Of a stretch of DNA of 64,000 bases, positions 10,229 through 21,342 are shown one piece after another; the stretch's first letter is position 1, and each line of letters opens with the position of its first letter. The notes under the pieces are model-generated. The model was not told the origin of the DNA and searched no databases. It was given only the letters and a program-made list of their open reading frames with translations. Source of the DNA: Vairimorpha necatrix (lineage: Eukaryota). The position numbers were made by a program, and so were the translations under genes. The stretch lies in assembly GCA_036630325.1 (NCBI GenBank), contig CP142734.1:930001-994000 (forward strand), in the 5' to 3' direction.

Positions 10229-10862
10229 AAACTATTTCTTCTTCATTGTGTCCTACTTGCCAATCTGTATTCAAAACATAAGGATCACTAATATCAACAA
10301 GCCCTTTCTCTACTACTCCTATTTGTATTCTATTACTACTTCTACAACTTCTATAACACATAACAGTCATGGCCTTCTCAACAAGACTTATTGCTTCATC
10401 TCTTTCTAAATCTAAAACATTACAAGTTCTTAGAAAAGGAAGAGCAATCATATTTGATAACCCAGTACAAACAATATTATCTTCATAAAAATTTCCAAGA
10501 TGATTAACACAACTCACTAAAAAATCATCATCATTTACACCAACTATACTAACAGACACATTTAAAGGCTCAACACGACTTCTTTTATTGTAAAGAATTC
10601 CTTGTACTAAATTCAAATATCCTCTTGATGACATCTTGACGGGATCAGATTCATTGAGCTTGTTAAGCTCATTCATTAGGAATTGGATATCACTAATTTC
10701 ACCAGATAAAGAAATAAGAGTATTAGAAGAAAGTCTGAAAATACGACGGACATCATTGAACTTACATAAATTCCCATATGAGGCTTGTGTGTCTGTACAA
10801 GTAATAACACCATTTTTATATCTAAGAGAAATGACACCTGATCCTATTACAAAATTCTTCAT
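10224..10862 (-). CDS. PRE4: 20S proteasome subunit beta-7 (PRE4/PSMB4)
   Basis: GSGVISLRYKNGVITCTDTQASYGNLCKF matches the beta7 N-terminus; SGEISDIQ; LYNKRSRVEPL; TGLSNMIALPFLR. Confidence 0.9.
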   Translation of the reverse strand: MKNFVIGSGVISLRYKNGVITCTDTQASYGNLCKFNDVRRIFRLSSNTLISLSGEISDIQFLMNELNKLNESDPVKMSSRGYLNLVQGILYNKRSRVEPLNVSVSIVGVNDDDFLVSCVNHLGNFYEDNIVCTGLSNMIALPFLRTCNVLDLERDEAISLVEKAMTVMCYRSCRSSNRIQIGVVEKGLVDISDPYVLNTDWQVGHNEEEIVL

Positions 10863-10935
10863 TTGTTTTAGGGTGGAAAAAAAAATAAATGTTTCAAGAT
10901 TTTATAAAAAACATAAAAAATAAAAAAAAATAAAA

Positions 10936-13575
10936 ATGTTCTTTTGGAATGAAAATGAGGAAACTTCTAAAGAGACGGAACGTAAAAAAGAAGAGGAAAA
11001 AAAGAAGGAAGAAAAAGCAAATTTGAATGAAGAAGAAAGAAGAGAAGCTCAGGATAAAGCAAGAAAACGGGAAGATGAAAGGAGAAAAGCCGAAGATGTA
11101 GCTAGAACGAAGGAAGATGAATGGAGAGAGGCAAGTAATGAAGCAAGAAAACTCAAAGAAGATAAAAGGAAAGCAGATGAAGAAGCAAAAAAACAGCAAA
11201 AACTAAAAGAAAAAGCAGATTTAGAAGCGAAATTGCAACTGGAAAAACAGCAAGCAGCTGATATAGAAGCAAAGTTGCAGCTAGAAAAACAACAAAAAGC
11301 CGACGAAGAAGCTAAAAAACAAGCTGAAGAAAAACAAAAAGCCGACGAAGAAGCTAAAAAACAAGCTGAAGAAAAACAAAAAGCCGACGATGATGCTAAA
11401 AAACAAGCTGAAGAAAAACGAAAGGCAGAAGAGGAAGCTAAAAAACAAGCTGAAGCAAAACAAAAGGCAGACGAAGAAGCAAGAAAACAAGCTGAAGAAA
11501 AACAAAAAGCCGACGAAGAAGCTAAAAAACAAGCTGAAGAAAAACAAAAAGCCGACGAAGAGGCTAAAAAACAAGCTGAAGAAAAACAAAAAGCTGACGA
11601 AGAAGCCAAAAATCAACAAGAAAAGCAGCGGGCAGCAGACAAGGAAGCAAAAAAACAAGTTGAAGAAAAACAAAAGGCGGACGAAGAAGCCAAACGCCAA
11701 CAAGAAAAGCAACAAAAATCAGTTGAAGAAGCTACAAAGCAATCTGAAGCGAAACAAAAGGCAGACGAAGAAGCAAGAAAACAAGCTGAAGAAAAACGAA
11801 AGGTAGATGAAGAAGCCAAAAAACAAGCTGAAGCAAAAAAAAAGGCAGACGAAGAAGCAAGAAAACAAGCAGAGGAAAAACAAAAGGCGGACGAAGAAGC
11901 CAAACGCCAACAAGAAAAGCAACAAAAATCAGTTGAAGAAGCAAAAAAACAATCCGAAGCAAAAGAAAAGGCGGACGAAGAAGCCAAAAAACAAGCAGAT
12001 GAAAAACAAAAGGCAGACGAAGAAGCTAAAAATCAACAAGAAAAGCAACAAAAAGCAGACGAGGAAGCCAAAAATCAAAGAGAAAAACAACAGGCCGCTG
12101 ACGAAGAAGCTAAAAAACAAGCAGGAGAAAAACAGAAGGCAGATGAAGAAGCCAAAAATCAACAAGAAAAGCAACAAAAGGCAGATGAAGAAGCCAAAAT
12201 TAAAGAAACTGAAAAGTTAAAAGCAGATGCTAATGCGAATATAAAGGAAACTGAAAAGATCAAAGCAGATGAAGAAGTCAAGAGAAAAGAAGAAGAAAAA
12301 CAAAAAGCAGACGAGGAAGTAAAAAAACATGAAGATACTAAAGATAAAGCGAGCGAAGGAATAGATAATGTAGAAAAATATAATTTCGCAGAGGATAATG
12401 AGGATAGACTAGCCACTAAGAAATCTTTGGGGATCTTTTGTTTTATCAAGTTACTTGCGTCCCCGCCCATTATTGTATCAACTTTTTCATTGACGCACAT
12501 ATTACGAAAGGTTTCCTTGTTGCATTTATTTATTTCCATTTTCATTTTCTCGCTCCATTACATCTTTTCATATTGGTTGATTGATAAAATAATGGAGGGA
12601 GAAGATTCCAAAGAGTCCTCATACGGTTCCCTTGATGTAGATGGAGGAATATTTTCTCTATTGGTGAATTTATTTCTTGTTTTCGTGAAATTTATAACGT
12701 GCCTCTTTTTTATTGATATGTTATTAGAAACATTTTATGCTTCATTTGGCATAAAATTGGGCAACGTTGACTCCGGTCTTTGGAAGTATCTCATTATGCT
12801 GTTTATTGCTTTTGTCTTTTACATGTTTTATTCACTGTACAGAAGATATAAGTTCCTTGAGATAGTTTTCGATTCTTCTTTAGTCTTTGTCAGTTTTTTA
12901 TTGGCTGCTTTAGTAGCATTTAATAAAGAAGGCTCTGTTAGCATAAAAGACAGCTCAGGAGAGGCGTCTTTATGGACTACTAGTTTTTTCCTTATTTTTT
13001 CCTTCGTCTCTTTTTCTTTTGAAGTCACTTCTTGTTCTATTTCTATTTATGGTCCATCTAAATCCGGGTTGTTTCTAATATCCTTGCTTTCTATAGGTGC
13101 CTTATCTCTGTTTATGGGATTCTTCTTGTATTTTTCCAGCTGGCTTTGGGATATGAAATTAAGTGAGATAGTCTCGACTTTGTCCTCTAAAAATGCTACC
13201 TTATATTTTATTTGCCTTAGTGTTTACTCTTTCTTTGGTTTTTTACTGAATATGAATTCCTTAAGTAATTCCTTTGCAGATTTTTCTTCTGGGGTTATTA
13301 GGCCCAACAATCTGCTAGGCCTTTTGGTTTTAGGCTTTTTGGTCTTTTCTATTGTGTTTTTAGTAGTCTGGGGCGAGATTGGTAAATTTTTATGGATTAG
13401 TACCATGATAATTTTCATAGGCCTTCCTTTGTATTCGATGTTTCCTTATGTGACATTTATTTCTAAAAAGGGATTTAGTTTTGTATCCATGATTTGTGTT
13501 TTAGTTCTGTCATTATTTTTTGTTCTTTCTGTTTTACATTATAGCATTTTAGATCCCGTACATTTCCCCACATAA
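10936..13575 (+). CDS. 879-aa protein: K/E/Q/A-rich 14-aa repeat helix fused to a multi-pass (about 10-11 TM) membrane domain
   Basis: Long open frame; repeats of KQAEEKQKADEEAK; C-terminal ~380 aa strongly hydrophobic. Confidence 0.85.
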   Translation: MFFWNENEETSKETERKKEEEKKKEEKANLNEEERREAQDKARKREDERRKAEDVARTKEDEWREASNEARKLKEDKRKADEEAKKQQKLKEKADLEAKLQLEKQQAADIEAKLQLEKQQKADEEAKKQAEEKQKADEEAKKQAEEKQKADDDAKKQAEEKRKAEEEAKKQAEAKQKADEEARKQAEEKQKADEEAKKQAEEKQKADEEAKKQAEEKQKADEEAKNQQEKQRAADKEAKKQVEEKQKADEEAKRQQEKQQKSVEEATKQSEAKQKADEEARKQAEEKRKVDEEAKKQAEAKKKADEEARKQAEEKQKADEEAKRQQEKQQKSVEEAKKQSEAKEKADEEAKKQADEKQKADEEAKNQQEKQQKADEEAKNQREKQQAADEEAKKQAGEKQKADEEAKNQQEKQQKADEEAKIKETEKLKADANANIKETEKIKADEEVKRKEEEKQKADEEVKKHEDTKDKASEGIDNVEKYNFAEDNEDRLATKKSLGIFCFIKLLASPPIIVSTFSLTHILRKVSLLHLFISIFIFSLHYIFSYWLIDKIMEGEDSKESSYGSLDVDGGIFSLLVNLFLVFVKFITCLFFIDMLLETFYASFGIKLGNVDSGLWKYLIMLFIAFVFYMFYSLYRRYKFLEIVFDSSLVFVSFLLAALVAFNKEGSVSIKDSSGEASLWTTSFFLIFSFVSFSFEVTSCSISIYGPSKSGLFLISLLSIGALSLFMGFFLYFSSWLWDMKLSEIVSTLSSKNATLYFICLSVYSFFGFLLNMNSLSNSFADFSSGVIRPNNLLGLLVLGFLVFSIVFLVVWGEIGKFLWISTMIIFIGLPLYSMFPYVTFISKKGFSFVSMICVLVLSLFFVLSVLHYSILDPVHFPT
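11284..12200 (+). repeat. Coding 42-bp tandem repeat (KQAEEKQKADEEAK)n
   Basis: About 20 degenerate copies of AAACAAGCTGAAGAAAAACAAAAAGCCGACGAAGAAGCTAAA. Confidence 0.9.
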
Positions 13576-13731
13576 ATTGTGAGTAAATAAAAAATAAATT
13601 AGAATTAAATGATATGTTTTCTTATACCTTACAAAATTATCATATATTAATATATTTCATAATTTTCTAATATACGCTGTAAAAAAATGGATGTTTCAAT
13701 AAAACACTCTAAGTTTTTTAAAAAGATGTTT

Positions 13732-15630
13732 TTATTTAAAATGTATTTCTGATGCTATTAAATCTCCGTATAAATCATCTGTCATAAATAAATATTTTTG
13801 TAAATCTTTTATCACTTCCTTATTACTCACCTTTTTTTCTATACAGAAATCCATAATTTCCATGATAAATTCTATGTCTTTAAATCTACCACATTCTTTT
13901 ATGACCTCGCACAGTTTATTTTTATATTTATTGAACATTGTCTCTTTATTTTCTGTTTCTTTTAGAATGTAATATATTAATTTATTATTACTAGTTACTA
14001 CCTTATCATATTCTTTATTCTTTAAATGTATATTATTATTTCTACTAATAACATCTTTATAAGATTTATATGAGACTATCTGATTATTAGTACCTACTAA
14101 TATATTAGTGACGTCATTTTCAATATTCCGGGTTTCTAGAGACCAGACGTCTCCGCCTACTAGGACATTGTCACTACAAATACCTTTTTTAGTATCAAAA
14201 ATCTTAATAAGTCCGCCTACTCCACAACTGACGACTTTTTTGTCTTTATTAAATAATCCTACACACAAGATACCTGTTTCATGACCAGATAAGACGCTGA
14301 TACAGTCAAAATTATAATTATAAACTCGTATTGTTTTATCAGAACTAGCAGTACAAAAATATAAAGAACTGGCGTGTACACTCATGACACTTTTTTTATG
14401 ATCAGAAATGATTTTTACAACCTCCAAATTAAAATTCAAAATTTTGCAAATTTTGTCAGTACAAGCTAAAAAGATCAATTTCTTACAAATTGATACACAA
14501 TTTATATCTTTTTCGTTTACTTTTTGTATTATTAATTCTTCTTTGTCTAAATCTCTGATTTGACAAAGAAGTCCATCATCTCCGCCCATGACACACATAT
14601 TCTCTGATATACAACTAGTATTCATAATACCAGTAGTATATTTCCTTATTAATTTATAATCTTCTTCTATTGAATATAAAGACGCGGTCTCGTCTCTAGA
14701 AGTAGTCAATAAAAATTTTGTATCATACGAAATACTCAGAATTGTATCAGAATGATTTTTTCTTAATTTACCCGCACACGCAAATGACAAATTTACTGGA
14801 TCTTCAAAATTTATTGAAGGTTTAGCGCAAATCACAAGTTTATTACCAGTAGAAAAAACGAGATTATTTCCGATTTCTTTGACGTCTAAAACTTCGTCCA
14901 AATTTCCTATAATAATTTTATCTTCAATTTGCATATTAAAATCACTGTCATATAATAAATCATTATTAACAAATATTAATTCATTATAAGTTTCTATTAA
15001 TTCGAGATTAGTAGAATATTTAAATGTTTGTCCATTATTTTGTATATAAAAATGTGTACTAGTAGTCTGTATATGGTCAATATTAATATTTAATATTCCA
15101 TTAGGATGATGTATAAAATTTTTACAAAAAACAAACAAATTCTCACCTATAAAAAAAATTTTCAAAATTTTTACTGTTTTTTTTATAGTTGACATTTCTA
15201 AACTTTCCAAATCTATTTTATACACATTTTCACTATCAGAAACATACAAATTCTCGTTTTTTACTACGTATGACGTATAATTCCCTTTAAAAATGACCGT
15301 ATTTTCTAGTACTAGTTCGTTTTCATAAATTAAAATTAAACTGTCATTAATTTTAATAACGTCTTTTATAACGGAATTTTTGAAAATATTTAGTTTCTCA
15401 GTTATCCTTGTTTTTAAGTCGTATTTGTAAATATCAGTGTTGTAATAAAATATTGATTTTTCTATTAAATTAAAATTAAATATTTTGTCTTGGATTATAG
15501 GAACAGATTCGAGAGTAGACAAGTTTGTAGAGTAAAGTGTGTCATTGAAAAGAGAATACAATGTGTCGTTGTGTAGAAAAGGAGAATTTTTATTAAAAAT
15601 AGAAATTATTTTAAAATTCTGAGATATCAT
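13732..15630 (-). CDS. UTP13: WD40-repeat protein, probably U3 snoRNP/SSU processome Utp13 (TBL3)
   Basis: IIGNLDEVLDVK, HSDTILSI..LLTTSRDETA, KDINCVSI, HKKSVMSV..TASSDKTIRV and GHETGIL follow the Utp13 repeat order. Confidence 0.7.
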   Translation of the reverse strand: MISQNFKIISIFNKNSPFLHNDTLYSLFNDTLYSTNLSTLESVPIIQDKIFNFNLIEKSIFYYNTDIYKYDLKTRITEKLNIFKNSVIKDVIKINDSLILIYENELVLENTVIFKGNYTSYVVKNENLYVSDSENVYKIDLESLEMSTIKKTVKILKIFFIGENLFVFCKNFIHHPNGILNINIDHIQTTSTHFYIQNNGQTFKYSTNLELIETYNELIFVNNDLLYDSDFNMQIEDKIIIGNLDEVLDVKEIGNNLVFSTGNKLVICAKPSINFEDPVNLSFACAGKLRKNHSDTILSISYDTKFLLTTSRDETASLYSIEEDYKLIRKYTTGIMNTSCISENMCVMGGDDGLLCQIRDLDKEELIIQKVNEKDINCVSICKKLIFLACTDKICKILNFNLEVVKIISDHKKSVMSVHASSLYFCTASSDKTIRVYNYNFDCISVLSGHETGILCVGLFNKDKKVVSCGVGGLIKIFDTKKGICSDNVLVGGDVWSLETRNIENDVTNILVGTNNQIVSYKSYKDVISRNNNIHLKNKEYDKVVTSNNKLIYYILKETENKETMFNKYKNKLCEVIKECGRFKDIEFIMEIMDFCIEKKVSNKEVIKDLQKYLFMTDDLYGDLIASEIHFK

Positions 15631-15918
15631 TTTGGGGGAGAAATTGAACAGAAAACTAAGCTTGTTTTTTCTACTAAGATTTAAAAAAAATATTTAATCT
15701 ACTAAAAAAGCTCTAAAAACTAGAAATGATTTTATATTTGTAAGAAAATGTGCTTTATGTGTAAGAAATTGTGCTTATTTTGTAAAAACAAGAGCTTACT
15801 ATGTAGAACACGTTTATAAGACCAGACATGTTTTACTTAAACTAGAAGTGCCCTAAACAATGAAAAAATAATCATTTTTTAAAACATTCTAGACATTTTT
15901 TAAAATAAATATTTTTAT

Positions 15919-16632
15919 TTAGAAAGTTTCTGCCTCAACTGTCATTGGGTGTCTCTCTTCTCTTGCTTTCTTAACTGTCTTTACTTTTATTACGCAGCAA
16001 TTCTGCAAAGGATAAATTGCACTACCAGCTTTCTCAATATTTTTACCAATAACTTCTTGAGATAATTTCTTCATAATTTTACTAATATCTTGATCTTTTA
16101 ATTCTTCTTCAATAATGTCAAACATTACTTTACGAATCCTCTTCTCGTCACTGCTCTTACAGTAAACCCTCTTAGAAGTACAAGCAGGTGTTTTCTTAGT
16201 AACCGCATTAACAAAAACTCTCAAAATTGCACCATCTTTAGTGACAATATCCTTTTCAGCCTCAATGAGAGTATGCCATTTACGGACTATCCCTTTAATC
16301 TTATCACTGGTCATATGCATACCATCAAATACACCAATACAATCTTTTCCACGAACTTCATTTACTCGGAATGAAAACTTTCTGGCGTGTTCTTCCAAAT
16401 TGCCAGTCAAATCGGCTTGATTAACTTCGAATTTTCTACCAATAAGAAGTGTAGACAAATCTTGTTTATTACTTGTTCTTGTGGCCATAGTCTTGCCGCA
16501 GACATTGTTAGGAAATACGGAAGGGGCTTTAAGATTGTACCACTCTTTCTTAGTGAAATTGTCTATTTTTTGGTTCTTTTTTGAGCCCTTTTTGTTTGCT
16601 TTAGCGTAACTTCCTGGTGGTTGAATGGCCAT
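15919..16632 (-). CDS. RPS3A: 40S ribosomal protein eS1 (S3a)
   Basis: [42 protein letters not shown]; true ATG at 16632 follows an ACCCC motif. Confidence 0.96.
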   Translation of the reverse strand: MAIQPPGSYAKANKKGSKKNQKIDNFTKKEWYNLKAPSVFPNNVCGKTMATRTSNKQDLSTLLIGRKFEVNQADLTGNLEEHARKFSFRVNEVRGKDCIGVFDGMHMTSDKIKGIVRKWHTLIEAEKDIVTKDGAILRVFVNAVTKKTPACTSKRVYCKSSDEKRIRKVMFDIIEEELKDQDISKIMKKLSQEVIGKNIEKAGSAIYPLQNCCVIKVKTVKKAREERHPMTVEAETF

Positions 16633-16795
16633 TGTTTTAAGGGGTACAAAAAAATTAAAATAAAAAAAAATCTGAAACTGTTTCAAAAAATGGAAAATAA
16701 AAATATTGGACTATATTTTAAATCACAAAAAATTGATAAATTATGTTTTTGTAAGTTTACTTATGAATATTTGTTTATACTTTTTACTATTGCAA

Positions 16796-16878
16796 GGTAA
16801 CGTGGCCGAGCGGTTAAGGCGGTGGACTTAAGATCCATTTATCATATGATAGCGTGGGTTCGATCCCCACCGTTACCA
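16796..16878 (+). tRNA. tRNA-Leu (anticodon UAA)
   Basis: Acceptor stem GGTAACG/CGTTACC+A; D-arm TGGCCGAGCGGTTAAGGC; anticodon loop CTTAAGA; long variable arm; T-loop GGTTCGATCC. Confidence 0.95.
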
Positions 16879-19788
16879 AATATTTTACATAATAAAAAAA
16901 TATCATTTATTTCATCTGTAGGATAATAGTAACGACACACAATTTATCATTAAAAATAGTTCTTGTTTTAACAAATATTACGAAAACAACGAGGTAGCTT
17001 CAAAAAACCTTCTCTCACTTATAGCTAAACTAAGAAAATTAAAATAAAATCTAGTTTGTGTATTTAATTACATGTTCATCTTTTCTGTTGAACTTGAATC
17101 TCCTTTTGGCATTATTAACATTTACTGGATTTGATTTTTTATATAATTGGTTCATTTTGATATTTAGTTACTTATAGTTTAATAAACACAGAGATGAAGG
17201 TCTTACGATTATAATGCTTTTTGTTTCTTAAAATGTTTTATAAACATTTCGCTTTTTTTATGTTCTTTCTTTGTGAACAAAATGTGTGTCAAAAAGAGGA
17301 GCTTGAAGGTGACAGAAATTAATGACCACTTCTGAGCTAAAAATGCAAGATTTTTATAAAATTTTATTTATGATTTGAAATTAAATCGAGAATTACTATC
17401 ATGTTGAACAAAAGTATAAATTATGCTTTTTACTTTGTTTATTATTAGATATTTTTGCTAAGTTGTAAAGGTATTAAGAAAAAACTACTTCCAAGTTATT
17501 AATGTTAAAAAAGTATTAGTCGTATATAAAACAGTTAAACACATGTTTACAATATAATGATGTTTACATCAGGTGAAAAATTATGCAGAATTAGTTTTTT
17601 TCAAAATAGGTTGATATGCGTCTAGTAACGGACCTTTTTTTTTGTTTTATTATATGTGTATTCTGGATGCATAATATTAAAAGTAGTCGTTAATTTTTCT
17701 TTCTCCTTATTGCTCTCTCGTTTTAATTTTGTTTTTAAAATATAAAATGAACTTTCTAAAAAGCTTGTGAGTATGACTCTTACATAGTACAATTTACAAA
17801 AGAATTTGAACCTAGAGACATCTTAGTTCTAGTTCTTTCATAAGTGATTGTCAAAATTACTTTCTAAAGCACACAACATTATTTTTTTATACTATGTACA
17901 AAAAAAACTAACTGGAAATTTTTTTGCTATGTTCAATATGAGTGCCTTAGTAGGGATATGTTACTGTTTACGTTATTAACGACGAGTATATTGACAAGCT
18001 AAATATTAAAAAGAGCAATCAGATATTTTAAACCTACAATCCTAAATTTAATTAATGTTTTTTTTTTAAAAGATGCTTTACATCATTGTCTATATATTTT
18101 AATGTGAGATTAGGTGAATAAACAAAAGCAAATCTTCCAATAAATAACATAGAATAATTTATTATGTACATAGATGAAATATTGTATTTAATAGCTAAAA
18201 TGGGTTGTATAACTTATTCCCTGGGTATTTTTTTCCAAGAAATATTTTTAAAAAGAACTTTTTAAAGCAAAGGAACTTTTTTTTTATTTTAAAGCAAAAG
18301 TTATAGAAGAGCTGAAAGGGCGATTCATAGACTCTAGAATCGCGAGTTCTTGATTCCTCCATCTCCGAACATATTCTTTTATATGGCCTTCATGTAGACC
18401 CCTGGTATTACTTTTTTCGTTTGCTGTCATTTATAAATTAGACATACATTCTATTGAATTAGTGTGATCCCTATCAACATTGGCAAATCTTCTTCATATT
18501 TCGAGTTTATGTTCTCTGTCAATCACAACAACGGCATTTAATATAGACCTGTGTTTAATAAATTAAATAACAGGTTTAGAGACAATACTAATCAATAAAT
18601 AGAAAAGGAATTTTTTTTCTGTTTGGTTTTACCTTAAGAAATAGTATTTTGGTTTATTAAACAACATCGATCAAAAAGTAGCTTTACTGATTCAAACATA
18701 CACTAATTGTGGTTATTTTGCAAGTTTTCTTTGATTATAACTTTTTAGTTTACTTGTATTAGATCTGACCCTAATATCTTTAATATTTTATTATCTTCAG
18801 AAATTTCTTCTATTAACGTCTTTTTTATTCTCTTTATAGTATTTATGATAAGGTGTATTTTTATAATTATTTTATGTCATAAATTCATTATAAATAAGTA
18901 TTCGCATGATCTACCAACGGATTGCTAATTTTTTTGACCTCAAAAACTGTTTTGATTTTTTACACGATTAGTTAGAAAATTTTAATCGAAAACTGTTACA
19001 ATAGAAACATTGTGATTTAAACTCATTTATAATATTTTTGACATAATTTGCTTTCTTCAAGCAAGCCATTGCTGCTGTATAGAAGAAAAATTATCTGATC
19101 TAGTATTTTTTGTTCCTTTGTAATCTTTTTTTTTTTTTGGGGGGGGGGGGCTGTAAAAATTTTAGTTTAGGGCATCCCCCCCAAAAAAAAGCGTATTTTT
19201 GCATATAACTCCGAAAGATAGTATATGGCGCAAATCGATTACCTTATACTATATAAAATTATAGATACAATCTCATTATACGTTCACGAACATATGATCA
19301 GAGATATTGCGAGGAAGAAGTGAAAATAACTGTAGTTTACTAGCTGAATAGGTAGCTGTGGATGAATTGTTGTGTATAAAGAATGCTGTTAACAATTTGG
19401 TGAGATATAGCAAACCCAAACCCCTATTCTTTTAGAGCTAATTTTATGAGCAAAAACACACTGTCTATAATCTAGATTTATACTTTATCTTCTGAAATTA
19501 ACCAGATAAATATAACTATAGTAAAAAAAAATTAGAAAATTTTATTGTTCGTTCAAATACATCATAACCAAATGTCAATTATTTGAAATTATATACAATA
19601 AATTTTGCCGCTGTTTGTTTTGGACCATGTATATAGGTATATCATTTCAGCAATCTTAATTACGCTGAAATGTTCATGGTTATTCTCAAAAAAAATTTAC
19701 ATAAATCGTTTTAGTAAGTCGTTTGTTTTGATTTTGTCCAAAATAACTATCTATATTTAGTTATTTAATGTTCTTTATCAGTATTTAT

Positions 19789-21330
19789 TGTGGCGCGCGA
19801 GCGTTGACGTCTAAATTTCCACCCCGCGCAAGCATTGAACCCTAGGACATCCCCCCATGCAAACATTAACCCCGAGTTTTCCCTATGGAAAGCCCCGTCT
19901 AAATCATATTTTAGTTAGATAAAAAACGTTTTAAGTTGAAATCGAATCCACGGCCCATGCGCAGGAAACTCTTCAGCATGCCACCAAAAATGACAAATTA
20001 AAAAAATCATAAAACTATTGATAAAACACTCGTATTATGCAATTTGATAATCAATATAAATTTTTAACCCTTAAAAATGATTCTTTTTTCCAAAAATGCT
20101 ATTAATTACGATATGTTACATTAATCTTACAAGGCAGGGATAATTAAGTTGTTTTAGAAAGGCTACAAAAAAAACGGTATAAACAAAAAGCCGTCAATTC
20201 CCTTCTTATAGTTGTGGCATATATTTAAGGGATGAGTCCTATGAAACCACTTAAAGGTTTATATAATGAACATTTTGAAGCCATGGAAGTTGAATGTATG
20301 CTTTCCGCCAGCAGATAACGGGGACTTTGACAGATTTGAAGCATCACGCAAAAGGTTTTTTTATAAACCCTAAGGAAGCTATTAAGAAAAGTCGTCTCGA
20401 ATGCATCGTATGTAACAATCGCAACCATTTAAAAAAAAAGAACGTTTGTCTATATTACGGACTCTAAACCAGTGGAAAGAATCCTGATCGAGTTGGTCGT
20501 TTTGACGCGCTATTAAAAGTTTAACAATTGATGTTTTTGTGATTTTTACAATAATAGATGTGTATTTTAAGTTTGCCGGGCCTTTTTTTCAAAAATTAAA
20601 CGAAAGAATTAGTTACAATCAACCTAATATTTTTATTACAATATGAATGCCTCATCCATGATCTTATAAAGCGATAATGGACAGGAATTCTGTAATTTCT
20701 ATATAATAAACTTTGTGCAGCCTTTGTTATTGTTCAAAAACATAGTAGCCCGCTTCTCCCACAATCAAATTGCAAATAGAAAGGTTTAACCAGCTTTAAC
20801 TTGTACTATTCAAAACCATTTTTTTGGTAAAATTCGCTTGCCGTTGGCAATTTTAGAACCAAAGATGAAAAGGAATGGCTTAAGCATGTCAATAAAGTTG
20901 TATACAGCTATAATTTAGCCTAACATAGTGCGACAAACCAGGTTCCCTTAAACCTATTTTAAAAAATACCAGATTTTAATTCTGTTTTTTTACGTAAGTG
21001 TGGAACAAGTCTTCAAATAATACCATAAAAGAAATTTAATTCATTCTTAAGACAGAAAATAAAAGAGATGGATCGATTAGTGGTCTTGGAGAACATCCCC
21101 CCCCCAAAAAAAAAACTGGTAGTTGATGCAAATTACTTTGCAAGAATAGATCGTCATTCATTGGTGCATATCATAAACTAACTAGTTAAATGGGGGACAA
21201 GGTCATTTAGCTAAAGGCTTTGATTATAATATCAAAACCAAACAGCTAAAATTATCATTCTTTTTTCTAAAGAAGTTACAATTACAAAATTTACTCAAAT
21301 AACAAAGTGAAATATGAGACTGAAGAAGGT
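19789..21330 (+). mobile_element. Decayed Ginger-like (rve integrase) DNA transposon
   Basis: Broken frames encode C..C, KPVERILIEL, TIIDVY.KFA, SDNGQEF (20670-20690), HSSP..PQSN..IERFN and YSYN...HSAT; TGT-initiated GC-rich end at 19789 with three imperfect GC.AGC.TTGA repeats; no right TIR found. Confidence 0.7.
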
Positions 21331-21342
21331 TCACAAATCCCA

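Noticed and set aside
11049-12545. Many overlapping ORFs (ASSSAFCF.., LLFLL.., KNKLKK..) and a CRISPR-like look of the 42-bp repeats
   Set aside because: Shadow frames of the coding tandem repeat; no unique spacers or cas genes, and the context is eukaryotic
16633-16686. N-terminal extension of eS1 in the ORF track
   Set aside because: Starts at a non-ATG codon and spans the promoter tract; the real ATG is at 16632
19126-19190. T-run/G-run ... C-run/A-run inverted repeat
   Set aside because: Homopolymer-only stem with no TSD or second full copy; cannot be supported as a MITE or RNA gene
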